NCBI RefSeq assembly: GCF_025526975.1 | Contig: NW_026515671.1 | Span: 372,001-436,000, forward strand | From: Fimicolochytrium jonesii | Lineage: Eukaryota | Reading direction: 5' to 3' | Length of the DNA stretch: 64,000 nt | In this document: piece after piece, positions 36,177 to 48,900 of the stretch | How positions within the stretch are numbered: the first letter of the stretch is position 1 | Layout: each line of letters begins with the position of its first letter | Made by a program: the position numbers and the translations under genes | Notes under the pieces: generated by a model | Database searches by the model: none | What the model was told of the DNA's origin: nothing | Seen by the model: only the letters and a program-made list of their open reading frames with translations

Positions 36177-39100
36177 TCAAGTCCCAGTCAACGCGACAAC
36201 CACGTTCCCTATCGTTACGCCTCCCGTGATACCCAACAAACACCACGCCACGACCCTCGCCCGCACAGGGAACCAGGTCGGAATACTCCGGAACGTGGGG
36301 CTGATATACTGCGGATGGACCGGCAATGTCTGCAGCCGCATCAGGTCGGTGGGTAGCGCCGACTTCTTCTTCTGGATCAGCCCGGCGCCATCGGACAGGT
36401 CGGTTCCCTCAGCGGTGTTTGTCGACGCCTGCCGGAGCAGCTCGCCGTCCCCACCGCCGACCGACTCGAGGCTTTGTTGATGTGACGCCTCGGATCGAGC
36501 GTCGTCGGTGGAGGTGTTGAGGGACTGCAGCCGAATCGGCCGGTGCATGCTGTCCTTGTCGCGGGAATGCGTCGTTTCCATGTCCGCTAACGGTGACGGT
36601 GACCGCCGATGAGGCCTGCTGTTGCTGCCCCCGGCGCTCGACCCACCACCACCACCAAACACCAACGAAGCAGACGTCTCGCGCCGCACCATGGTATGCA
36701 TCGCCCGTCTGATCGTGTTCTTGACCCCAGGCCCATGCTCCACATCCCAGTTCCCGTACCGCGACTCCATCCGTGCGAGTTTATGCTCCATGTCGGGGTC
36801 CGGCACGTCTTCCTTCAGGTACTCCTCCTCCCCAGACTGCTCCTGAGATTCGGAAAGGGTGATGGGACCGATGTCCACTGACCGTTGCGGGTCGTCTCCG
36901 ACGTCATCACGGAGACTGGATCCCCGCTCGAGAATCTGTGGGGTTGGCGCCCGGTTGTCATCGTCGCTGTCGTCGTGGCCGTCAAACCGCACGGCGGACT
37001 GTCGGCGCATGAATGATAAGGTGGGTATGCGGGGCGGTGGGGTGCTGATGTCGAGATGTTGCGAAGCCGCCCGCATCACGGACCCGCCGGGTGACACGGA
37101 TGGGAAGGGGAACCCATCGTTCGCTTTGCCCGAAACTGTGGCGGGCGATTTCAGTATGGATCCTGTTGGGGATGGCGGCGGTCTGCTGCCCGTCCCGCTG
37201 GGTCCCGGTGTCAGTAGCGGATTCCTCAAAATAGAGCCGGTGGGCGATGGCGGCTGTCTAGAGCCTGTCCCCGACGTGGGGGAGAGCGCGACCGGCTTCT
37301 TCAGTATCGACCCGCTTGCGGAGGGCGAGCGTGCCCGCGGCTGGTCATCCGAGCCAAACGTGATCATCGGAGCGCTAGCAATACGTTCAACAGGAGGAGG
37401 TGGAACCGATGTAATAAGCTCGCCTTCGTCGCCATGCTGATCAGGAGCCGACAACGTCGCAACAAAACCGGGTTTCGGAGGATCCTGGCGCCCGTCGTTA
37501 TCGGGATTCTCATCGAGAGGAGTTATGGGTTCTCGTCCTAGGTCTGACCTATCTTTGTGTAACAAGCCCGGTTGGTTTCTAGCTAATTCTGCTAAACTCG
37601 ACTCGTTGGCTGTCTTTTGATCGATGAACCGGTGGATCGTACGGGAGTGCATGTGGATCTCTTTGAGGAGCATCTTCTGTTTGAAGCTTAGAGCTGTAGC
37701 CCACAGGTTAGAAGGCGTTTTCCTTTCCTAATCCATTGCAGCGATGTAAACATACCTCGACTCTGGTTATACTCCCTTCGGAACTTGAGACACTTGAGAT
37801 AAATCACGAGAGGGATCAAGAAGTTTGCGGTGGACACAAAGATCAAGGAAGTCCATGAAATGAAGCCCTGCATCGATTTGCCAGTTTGAAGCGGGATGCA
37901 CATAATCCACGGCAAGACGTAGGCGAGGAACAAGGCAACATCTGCAGAAAACATTATTAGCGCCCATCATTCAACGTATCTTGGGTTCGTGAGAAGCTGA
38001 AAACTCACGTTTGCTAACTACACGATTCTGAACGAGGTTGCCCTTTGCCACAATGAAACTGACAGGAATGGAAGGGAGTAGCATGACGATCGAAAACATG
38101 TACGCCGAGACCTTGTTGATTTTGCCGCTGCGCATCAGAGGTGGCAAAATGCTGCCGTCGCTGTCGATGGAGAAGCCAAGAGCGGCTATAAAATGGAAGG
38201 GGATATTGTCAGAGTTGAAAGGAGAGGCTTTCAATGGTGCTGTACAACCGTACTTACGAAACAACCCGACACCCATGTAGAGTGCGCACGCAATCGCGAT
38301 GGCAGACCAAACAACCCCTTGCACATTCACTTCGCGTTTCTGCACAACCGCTCGTTAGCCGACGTGCAAGGCCACACGTTGCCACTATCGCAAACTGACC
38401 TTGATGTTGACCCACGACGGTACTATCGTCGTGAACGCCATATTCAACATGATCGTTCCCACCACTGTCGAAAATGATGACCCAAATGCTGGCACTCTGG
38501 AAGTGTCCAGTCCGCGCACGAACGCGGCGCCAATCCATTCAATTCCGATGGCGACGGAGAGGCAGAAGGCGACTACAATGAGAAACGTTCCATCAATACC
38601 CAATGAATCGCACGACCATTGTAGCCACGGAGTTGTTCGGTCGTACCAATCTGAGCCTTGATATTATCGTCCAGATTCACGATGCCGAGTGGGATGGACA
38701 TGATCATAACCAGCTACGAAGAACAGAAAACGAAGGATCAGTATACGCATCGACGCCTCCTCCTGCGCACAAAGCACGCTTACCAGGAACCCCAAGGAGA
38801 AAATGATCCACGTATTTTCAAATGGCGAGGGGAAATCCTGTGACACCGTCCCCACGCAGTACCATCCCGGTTTCGGCCCACTGACCGCCAACGCACAAGT
38901 TTTTCCAAAGACATCAACCAGGATGTTATCGAAGGTCTGCATATCCATGGTATCAGCATTCCACGAGCATGGTTAGGGGGCAGATGCGAATGTTGTCCTT
39001 ACTTGCGACATCAAGACGATGGACTGCATCGCGTTCGCTTGCAATGCGCCGTACAGCAAGAACTGCCCAATCAAGTGGGCATAGTTGCCGAAGTAGAAAT

Positions 39101-39628
39101 TGATAAGCGTAGCATATTCGACCGTTCCCTACGAGTGTGCGTGAGGATGGGAGTTCATAAAAGTCGAAACACATCTGATATCTATAGCTCACCTGAAAGT
39201 TCTTGTTGCCAGGTATAGCCTGCATGCTTTCTATCACGAACAGACTGTCCGAGAGACATTAGTCCGTTGCCTCCTTGTGTGAACACATCTTCGACCAGCC
39301 CAACTTACACGCTTAACGCCGATACGAAGGAGAATGCCACGAAAAGGATGGAAGGGAAGAGCCACCCAGATTGTTGAAAGGTTGCGGGGGTAAATCTGTA
39401 GACAACGACAATTTCATATCAGTGCCCAAGGCTTCATGGGGGAACTGACGTTGGACAGCGGAATCCTTACGGCACACCCGGCCCGGTCATTCCGTTGATA
39501 AGTAGGCATATTCCACCGAAGAAAGAGACCGTTTTCGCTTTAATCAGCTGCGTAAGGGTATGTTTCTCGTCAATATTCTGATCTTCGGGACTCCCTACAG
39601 AATACCATCTACGGAACTTTTGGAGCAT
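36177..39628 (-). CDS. Amino acid transporter (Aa_trans/AAAP-like) with a very large hydrophilic insertion before the last TM helix
   Basis: MLQKFRRWYSVG...KTVSFFGGICLLINGMTGPGVP, IESMQAIPGNKNFQ, TIMLNMAFTTIVPSWVNIK, LLPSIPVSFIVAKGNLVQN, FISWTSLIFVSTANFLIPLVIYL; multi-exon. Confidence 0.8.
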
Positions 39629-40458
39629 ACCTTGGCGAATGTGTCCCGCCTATGGAGCTCTCCCCGTAGGGAAGCAAACGTTCGGTGAACCGTAGGCATT
39701 GTTTCCCGCTGAATGTGCGAGCACGCTGCAGTGGAGTGGGGATATCTCACCCAACCTATTTGGGATGTAGTACGTCCCTGAGTTCCCAGTCGTAGCTTGT
39801 TCAATGTTGCGCTGCGAGATATAACAAGTTGCGGTCGAGAGCGGAAGGCCAAATTGTGTGCTGCCTGCCCACTTTCTTTCGATTAAGGTTGGGCGGTGAC
39901 TTAACGGCACTTATTTTCATGATATGGATCTAAATTATATGTGCTAGAGCCACAACTTGACCGTCGCACGGAGCAGGGGATGGCGATCGACTAATTCCAA
40001 GCCCCATTTGTTTCTGTTCTGGTTTCGAGACACCCAAGAAGCTTCGAAGATGAAGATACGTGGTATGCCAGACTTCAGCCACATTGTTGAAACGATCAGG
40101 CGAAGACATACATATGAATAGCGACATGGCATCTCTTGACACCATTGGGGAGGTCATCCGCTTCCGGAAAAGTCTGGCTGGGTGATGCCGCAAACTATCA
40201 CCGCCGCGCGCTACGGAGATGCTGACATCCACAGCCGCGGCCTGCGGGATTGTGGGGTAAGGATTGCCATCCGTGTTGAGCAACCCTCCATACGGACTGG
40301 CAGGGAAGAAGGGCAAATATGACGGGAAAGATACATAGAGTTTGCCTAGCGAGAGGAACATGACAGAAGTGCCAACGGAGTTTGGCGAAATTATCGGACG
40401 CTGCGTCTAATGGCGTATGGGAGGATGGGAACATTGTTGATGGTTGCTGGGAGACTAT

Positions 40459-41340
40459 CTAAGACATAGCCATTGACGCCCGCAATTCCTCTAATTCTGC
40501 ATCGTCGTCGTTTTGCACTGGCTTTGCTCTGGTCGGGCGTGGCGGTTGCGCAATTGCTACAGATAACGGGGGCCATCGTGAGTGATTCGACGATGCAGAA
40601 TAACCAAGAAATTCAATTGCAATATAGAATGCCTACCTGGCACCGTGTTGGGCACCCCTGGAGCCGACTCCAAATCTCCCAAACCCGTGTCTGAAATGCC
40701 CGCGCTATCCAGTAGCCTGGCGTCAAGGTCTTCCTGCTCCAACAGTTCGAGCTCTTCGTTCAGCTCATCCTCATCAAACTCCACACCAAAGTTCACAGGT
40801 TGCGAGATTGCGTCGCTGATCTCGTTCGCCAAGTCCATCTGTTCTCGAATGTCGTCCATCGTCCCGTCGACCTTGTTGATATCTAAGTGTCCGTGGATCT
40901 GCTTCATCGCGTCCGCTCCTGCCTTCATGGCATTCATGGTTTCTAGGTTCACAGCTGCATTCTCGATAGCCATCATCTGCTGCTCGAGTGTCATCCTCGA
41001 TCCTGAGATCTTGTTGATCTGGTCCTCATATGCCTTTTTGTGTTTTAGAGCAGTCAGCGCAGCTGGAAAGAGAGCAGGGGTCAGTAGTGCGCCCAGCCGA
41101 GAGTTTCACACCAACACCACGTACGATGTGGTGAGGGTCTGCCGTTGCCCCCACGTCACACCCAGCATTCGTACCCTTCTTATTTTTTGTCACGTTTGCC
41201 TTTGCAATCTTCAGCTGGGTATCAGCTTTCATTTGCAAGTGGTTCTGGCGCTTCTCCAGTTGCTCCAAGCTCTCCCTCAGCTTCACGATGGCATCTTTGG
41301 GCGCCGTTTTCGAAACTTGTGCTCTTCGAAACAGGTTCAT
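40459..41340 (-). CDS. SNF7: ESCRT-III subunit Snf7/Vps32
   Basis: PKDAIVKLRESLEQLEKRQNHL...|AALTALKHKKAYE...TLEQQMMAIENAAVNLET...DEDELNEELELLEQE...|DDDAELEELRASMAMS; two introns. Confidence 0.96.
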
Positions 41341-41694
41341 TTTGAGACTGTTGGATTTTCAAGGGGAGGGTGTGGGGTTGATACGTCGGAGGGTTTCGGT
41401 GGAGAAGGGAAGATTCCGCCAGATTGCCAAGCAAATCGCTGATAAACCAGCTGAATGACTGAGTCAACAGATTTACAAGTTTGGCCCTACAAACCAAGCA
41501 TCGACTTCTTACCACTATGGATTGATCGATATTCCGGGACGAGCTTCTTGCGGGGACTTTCAAGCGCTCTATACACGCCAGTTGAGGGGTATCGGCAATC
41601 GTGGAACGATGTTCGGATATCAGCGGTGGAGGAGCTTGTGAAAGAATCGCAGTTGAAAGTTCCCACGAACAATTTGATGACGTGGAGGAGGGGC

Positions 41695-41772
41695 CATCAC
41701 GTGACTGTATATAATAGCTCGTTCGCCGACGAGTTCAACCGATGCGTCTCCATCGATAGCATCACGTGACTG
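41695..41772. promoter_or_regulatory. Two copies of CATCACGTGACTG (E-box, Cbf1/CLEAR-like) in the divergent SNF7-SPE2 promoter
   Basis: Exact 13-bp direct repeat at 41695-41707 and 41760-41772; TATATAA immediately follows the first copy. Confidence 0.55.
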
Positions 41773-42341
41773 ACAGTTCGAATGACGAACGTTGCATATG
41801 CCATACAGTACGGATGTTACGAACGGCTGGGTGGGACAAGAAAACGACCGGTTGGAACGGGAGCCAGGAGTCCCCATTGCGACAGACCCACTGGCCAGTC
41901 CCTTCGGCTTCGGTGCTCCGTTTTTCTTGTCCCTTTCCTGCCCCACGCTATTCCCACCCCCAGATCGTCGTCGTTGACAATGGCAACTTGCTGCTCCTAA
42001 GTCCGCCTTGTAACAAAGCTCACACACTATCTCAGCAGCGAAATCCTTCCTGTTGCAGGCTAGCAGCACTGCTGAAGGAAAAAAAGTTCACACTCCACCC
42101 ATTCGGCCCCCTTCAGATCAGACCCCTTCAATACAACGGCACAAGCCTAGTTGACAGCCTCAATATTGTGTTTGAGCGCCTAGTTGATAGCAGCTGGTTC
42201 TCTTGCTGCGGCAGTCGTCAACACGATATCCGTCTTTCCAGGCACATAGCTTGACCCGCAAGTTAACACCTCCCCGCCCTTCGCCATCTGCGCGGGAGTC
42301 AATCACTCCACTTTGGGTGCTTCCCTCTGAAATTCTTCAAG

Positions 42342-42639
42342 ACGGAAGCCGCAAGCAATTCACTGTCAGGTCTCCTTGCCCCCTGCTATGCTTCGCTCGC
42401 CTACCACGGCAATCACTGCTTCTTTCCCTTTCTGCGACTCTGTTTCCTTCTCGGCTTTCAGGTATGGCCCGAATAGTAGCGCCTTGTGTGTGAATGGATC
42501 CTCAGAGTACTCACATCGTCTCCTTGTGATTTAGGTACCACGCGGAGAAGCTACCTCGATAGGACACCTCCCGAGCGACATAGTCTCCGTTTGCCCTAAG
42601 CTCCTTACGGTTAAGCGAGCGCCGAAGGAGCCACCCTAA
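42342..42639 (+). promoter_or_regulatory. Candidate spliced uORF module in the SPE2 5' leader (ACG-initiated 74-aa uORF ending EPP*, overlapped by a 33-aa AUG uORF)
   Basis: Leader intron 42462-42534 (GTATGG...TACTCAC...TTTAG); ttcaagACGg at 42342; AUG at 42388; stops at 42562 and 42639; no AUG between 42640 and the SPE2 start. Confidence 0.5.
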
Positions 42640-42867
42640 TCTCCCTTCCGCAACCGCTCTCGCATTCTTCTTCTCCACTCGACATCTTAATTATTTCGCT
42701 CAACAGTCCCGTTCGGCAACCGCACTCACTCGTTCGACATCCTCTCAGCATACCCTGATTTTGTGTTCACGGGACCCTTACGACATAGACATTCCATCCT
42801 AGTCGGCATTGGAACTCAAAGTTTTTCATCCAATAGACACATCTCACCATCGAGAACAAGCATCAAC

Positions 42868-44492
42868 ATGATCATCGACAAAACAGCATCTGCATCTTCG
42901 GGCACTGCTCTGGACAAGCACAACCCTGTCCCGGAGCTTGGCAATCTCGATTTAAACAGCCAGATCTACAGCTCGACATACCCTACCCCTCTCGCACCCG
43001 AGTCGGACGCAGTTCAGCAGACTCTCTGCGGTTTCGAAGGCCCGGAGAAGGTCTTTGAAATCTGGTTTCGTCCCGTCAACGGCAAAGAATCTCCTTTACC
43101 CGACGTGGAGTCTGTAGCTAGTGAGGATAATGCATCCGTGGATGAGATCGTCGAAGACTTCACACCGATTGGCAAACATGTGTACAACAGCACTGTACCA
43201 AACGCTGACGGTGAATATCAGCTCCCTCGCACTGGACTCCGCACCGTCAGTCGGGACGTTTGGGAGGAAATGTTGGGCATCGTTAAGTGCCAAGTCTTGA
43301 ATGTCATCCAGAACGAATGCGCCGACGCTTATCTGTTGAGCGAGTCGTCCATGTTTGTCTACCAACACCGCCTGATTTTGAAGACATGTGGCACTACTAC
43401 CTTGCTCCACGCCGTGCCAAAGATTATTGAAATCGCGGCCGAGTATTGTGGCTTGCACGAAATCAACGCCGTCTTCTATTCCCGCAAGGCCTTCTTGTTC
43501 CCCGAAAAGCAAGCGTGGCCCCATGGCCGATGGGGCGACGAGGTGGCATACCTGGACAAGATTCTGCCGGACACCGATTACGAAACTTCTGGCTACGTCA
43601 TTGGCAAAGTCAATGGAGATCACTGGTGCTTGTACATGGCGACTCCACTGCGTCTCAGCCTGGATTTGGATGGAGTGGAATTGGGTGACAGTTCTTCCTC
43701 GTCGCGCGACAGTGATGGAGGCTCATCTGTCCTGGAGGAGGAGGATGATGAAGGCGACGACGATGTCACTCTGGAGATCTTGATGACCCAGCTTGATCCA
43801 GCAGCGATGAAAACTTTCTGGCGTGACGCAGAGGAGCTCAAGGCTGCCAGAGACCCTGCTCGGGCAGCTGAGGTGGCCCGGGAAGGTGGACAGCGTGTTT
43901 ACGTGAGTAACCCCTCATGCTGCAAAGAGCGGACCTTATCAGCTTAGAAGCTAACCATGGTCGTTCCCTAATCTAGCGCGCCACCGGCATCTCCGAGATC
44001 TATCCAGACGCCATTGTGGATGATTACCTGTTCGACCCTTGCGGCTATTCCCTCAATGGGCTCGTCGGCCCGCACTACTTCACCATTCACGTCACGCCCG
44101 AAGACCACTGCTCCTACGCATCCTTCGAAACTACCGTCCCAGTCCGTCGCTCGCCCAACAGCGGATCCGCCACCGCCGACGACTACGAGACGTTCGAAGA
44201 CGTCATCCGTCGCGTCGTTCGCATCTTCCGCCCAGCCACCTTCTCCACCACCCTATTCTCCCGCAAATCGGCCCGCGACAAGCATCACGGCTCCGCCGAC
44301 ACCGCCACTCCAGTAGACGAAGACGAGCCATCCCTCCTCCACTCCCTCGAAGGATCTGTCCCAGCCTTCCGCCGCCGCGACCGCATCGGCCACTGCCTGG
44401 GCAAATGGGACCTCCTCTTCTGCCACTACGACCGTGGCGTCCCCGCTTCCGCCAGCCCTCGCCACAAGGGCGCCAAAGCGGTTGTTCGGTGA
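42868..44492 (+). CDS. SPE2: S-adenosylmethionine decarboxylase proenzyme
   Basis: GFEGPEKVFEIWF, self-cleavage site AYLLSE-SSMFV, ILKTCGTTTLL, FDPCGYSLNG, FTIHVTPEDHCSYASFET; intron 43903-43976. Confidence 0.97.
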
Positions 44493-45094
44493 CTACACAC
44501 TTAGGGCATCGACTTTGCTCAGCCCAAGCCGAAAGAGCAAACTGGATCGGGGAAACATGCTTTTGTATTGTGTGCTGATTTGGCTCCGGAAATCAACTCG
44601 TTATATCTCTGTCGGTTGACGGGTTTGGACTTCAGACATTTTTTCTCCAGATACTTGTTTATTGGGACCTTTTTACTACACCTTTTCCGGGCCGGATTGC
44701 GGCACCATGTTCTCCTACCCTATATGTTTTCTGTGAACTTTTGCATACTTCCTACCTTGAAGGGGTTCCTTTTTATCATAGACGCTATCCATCAGATAGG
44801 ACAGAGACAATTGTATTGGCTTTGGTAAGAAGAGTAGCATTTTGATAGTTTCGAATACAGTCGCTGGACTCAAGTGAACCACACAATACTCTCATCTTTC
44901 CCTCATGTAATGCACAAAGCTTCACCAAAACGCTGAACTCATTTACTGGCAATAGGTGATATCAAAACAACGCTCACTACGGCACCGGAACGATCACTAC
45001 ACTAATGCACGCAACTACATCAAAACCTTGGCTTCTACATCAGGACAAAGCCGTTTGACGAGGGAGAGCAGCCTTGTCCCGAGATTCGAGACGA

Positions 45095-45436
45095 TCAAGC
45101 ATGTTCAATGACCGTATCCTGGTCCGAGCTCTTCATATTGCTTAATCCTACACGTTCCTGGTCCTGCCGAAAAAAGAAAGCCAGCAACCTGTCAATCGCA
45201 GCAACCCGCTCAAACATAAACTGCACACTGAATACACCCGGAGCAGATGATCTCAGACACTAACGTACCTTCGCCTGCTCATGCTTCTCACCATGCACAA
45301 CAGGCTGCACGACCTGCTCGTAGTCGGTCGTCTTCATGTTGGTCAGGCCGGTGCGGGGAGTTGTGTCTTGCTGTTGCGGTTGAGATTGGGATTGGGCGTA
45401 GGGGGACTCCGTGGTAGGGGCTGAGGTGGATGACAT
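45095..45436 (-). CDS. Small hydrophilic 78-aa protein with two internal repeats
   Basis: Exons 45436-45269 and 45163-45095 (GTACGT...CAG, phase 0): MSSTSAPTTESPYAQSQSQPQQQDTTPRTGLTNMKTTDYEQVVQPVVHGEKHEQAK|DQERVGLSNMKSSDQDTVIEHA*; TATAAAA about 100 bp upstream. Confidence 0.7.
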
Positions 45437-45919
45437 TGTGGGTTTCTGTTTTGGTTTGAGTTTGCTTGAAGATCGCTTGTGTGTTGTATTTTGCCGAGGC
45501 TCGAAGGTTCGAGGCTGGATATCTGAGGCCGACGACCTTTTATATGGGAGAAGGCGCCAGGGGGAGTGGTCCATCATGCGTTTATTGCCCAATGGTTCCT
45601 TCAGTGGATGTCATGGTGACGCATACTCCCACTCCCTTCAATACACGGATTCCTCACTCGAATTCCGTGCGGATATAGCCATAGACAATCCGACCAGAAG
45701 CTGCATCCTCATGGATTTGATCGACCACGCACGCACGGGGGGAGATGGGAGACACGGTCGATTGACAGTGACAGGTTGATTGAGTGTGACTCCACGCGAT
45801 TGGTTTTGGTCAGAAAGCTGTCTGAAAGCAGTCCATTGAGCTTTGAAGCCCCAGACTCGTTCTTGAACACATCGCTGCCAGATGGCATAGCAAGCAAGTG
45901 AACCGACCTCGAGAATAGA

Positions 45920-48900
45920 ATGGACTGGCTGAAGAAAACAGCGGGCAAGGTTAAACATGCTCACTCAGACAGGCGTCATTCTCACCGCCCTTCTTCGGCC
46001 AACTCCAACGACCCACATGTCCAAACCGGCAGGTTCGAGAACGCCGACTCGCCCGCCTGCTGTGCCCTGGGCGGCCGTCTCGACGGAACGTTTGGCGACG
46101 ACGACGCGGCTTGGAAGCTGAAAAGCGCTTGGAAGAGCGTATCGGACTATTGGAGGCACTTCGATGCGGACTCGGAGGCTGCTGGTGGCGGAGATGATCT
46201 TCACGACGCAACGGGTGCGGGTGCCCAAACGCACCTCCCACAGAACACTGACGAATCAGATCGGCTTCTGCTGGCGTATCTTCATCTGTTCAATAACCGC
46301 TATGCACCACTGGAGTACGCCGTAGGGAGCGTCGATATGTGCGCGATACAGCCTGGGCCCTCAATCCCACCGACTTCTCCTGTCGGCTTCGGAGTGGTCT
46401 CTCCAGCTAGTGTGCGTTCGCCTCTGGACAGCTCTCTAGCTGGACATCCTCACGCGGCTGTCACAGGAATCTGCTGTTTGGCGAGACGAATGGTTGGACG
46501 TTTCGAGCATTCAGTGCATAGAAATGAACAAAGCACCTCAAATATCGCCGAAGCCCTCTTAGCTCATATCGAGATCCTTTCGCGTTATCCCGGAGACCGG
46601 GAAGCACTCATTAAACATGAAGTCCCTCCAGCTCTCGTGGACATGCTGAAGATTGCCACGCCCGTGTTGCATACGGGGAACACTGAGGATACGCATACAC
46701 AGATGCATGCTTGGCGTTGTATACAAAGCATTTTGATTACCCTGCAACGGTGCTCAGATCCCGATGGGCAATGGGCTAGGTACGTAAGGAATCCGACGCA
46801 ACTGGATACTGGCGCGTTCCAAGGATCCTCGCCGATGAGACTCCGTCCGCAAATCATGTTGTCACATTCTATCATCCGCGCCGCGGTTTACTCGGTCAAC
46901 GGCCTGCTGATAGCGCTGTATGCCCATCTCCAACCATCGAATTCTGCAGTACGAATTCAGTGCATCAATACGTTGGCGTGCCTTTGCAGCCGACATAGTT
47001 CCACTGTGGCCTCTATCTATGAGGAATTGCGGAAGTCTGGGGAACTGTGCTCACTGCAGTTGAATTTCCCGAGCTTGGCTGAATATCCGTTCGCCAGCGA
47101 AGGTGCGGAAGCAAAGTGGGCGTCTCTCGCAGGGATTTTGAAAGCGGATGTTTTGACGCTTAACTATGTGGACTACGCTTCTCGTCAAAACCTTGTCCCC
47201 AGACATCTCCTTGTAAATGAATTTTGGGAAAACGGGACGATGTCTCTGCTCATGTGGACTGCAGCTATCTACAACGGAGAGACTGCTCTGGAGGCGGAAT
47301 CACCTCTCTTTGCTGATATGCATCTTTTGGGGGGCGGCCAAGGAGAGCGATCTGCGTTGGAAGCACTTTGCTCTCCCGCTACGAAGCTTGTGGTATCTGC
47401 GATTGTAACACTTGCGCTTATTCAGTACCATCGGGGTCCGCAATTTGCCCCAGCCTCGCCGTTTCCGAACTCCCCAAAGCTATATTCGCCAAGGATACAC
47501 TCTCCTTCGGGTTCCGATTACTTTGCTTCGCAAGGAGCCGAAGCAACGAGTTGGAGAAGTCTATTGGAGCAGTTCGAGAATCTCCTCAGAAACTCGGGTG
47601 TCAGCGGTGCAGAGAAAGTCCCTCAACTCGCTGGCGCGCAGAACGGCGCGAGTTCTGCGTTGCAGTTTGCAGTCATATATACGCTGCACAGCCTGCTTGA
47701 TGAGGAGTCTTTCGGTGAACGTGCTCGCGAACTCAGGAGGAAAGATATTCTGGGCGTCATGGAAGATCTCAGATTGTGGAATCACTTTTCACAAAAGGCC
47801 TTTTTTGGGGGGATCCCGAAAGAAGGACTTTATGAACCCCAGAAGTCGAACGCAGCACGTTCATTGCAGAATGCGATCCTAGAGTTCTTGCGGTTCAGCG
47901 CCACCTTGACGGAATGGCCGAACGACGGCCCATGTCAAGCGCTCCTGACGTTACTGACGGATACGGCGGCCACGGATGATGTGGCATTTGCTCAAACGTG
48001 CGACACTTTATGCAGGACACTGCACGACCGATGTGAGGCGACTCAGGAAGCGCTCATCAGACTGCGGATCTTTGATACCCTGATACCCCTGATCTCCAAC
48101 CTGAGAGCGCAAGGGAAACACTCTCTCCTTTCCTCCATCATCACCCTACTTCGTTCTGTCCTGGACGGAAGCAGCGCAATCACCATCGACGTTTTCACCA
48201 ATCCGGCCGCTATGAGTCTACTGTTTGACATGCTCGCCCAGGAGACGGTCGCCGTTTCTTCATTTGCGCAGACTGTCATATTGAATATGCCTCCGATACT
48301 GATCCGAGAGTACCCCACTTATCAACAACGCACACTGTCGATTGTCAGCGACCTGCAACTGGCGTCGCTTGGAGGAGATCAAGAAACGACGTCGGATCTA
48401 CTGAAACGCTATTTCGAACGGTTCCCCAGTGTAATAACGCGAGCGGAGGAAGCGGAGTACCAATTGAGGCTCTTGCTAGGTGTGCGGAAGCTTGTGCAGA
48501 ACAATCCGGAGTGCGCTTCTGCTCTTAAAAAGTCGCTCGTCAAGGCAAAAGCACATCAGGTCTTGTTGAGCGTGCTGAGTGTGAAGATTGACTTGGGCGA
48601 CGCGGCAAAGGAGACGCAGGAGAAACTGATCCACGCCTTGGCAGAAAGTGTGGTACGGACTCTTGTAGTCATTATGCGGAACGACCACAGCGCGAAAAAG
48701 ACATTCCGTCTCCTGCGGGGCTACGACGAGCTGCTGACGCGTATATGCATCAAACCGAAGGCATTCGCATGGAGCGAGTTGATCAGCGAGCTCTTCATCC
48801 TGGTGGCCGACGGCGACACTTCATGGCCGCCTCGCTTGCACAACGGGGACGCTGTCAACCTACTTTTCCGGACGTATGAGTACTGCTCTCCAGAACTCCG

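Noticed and set aside
40582..41442. 286-aa plus-strand ORF
   Set aside because: Ser-rich antisense shadow of SNF7.
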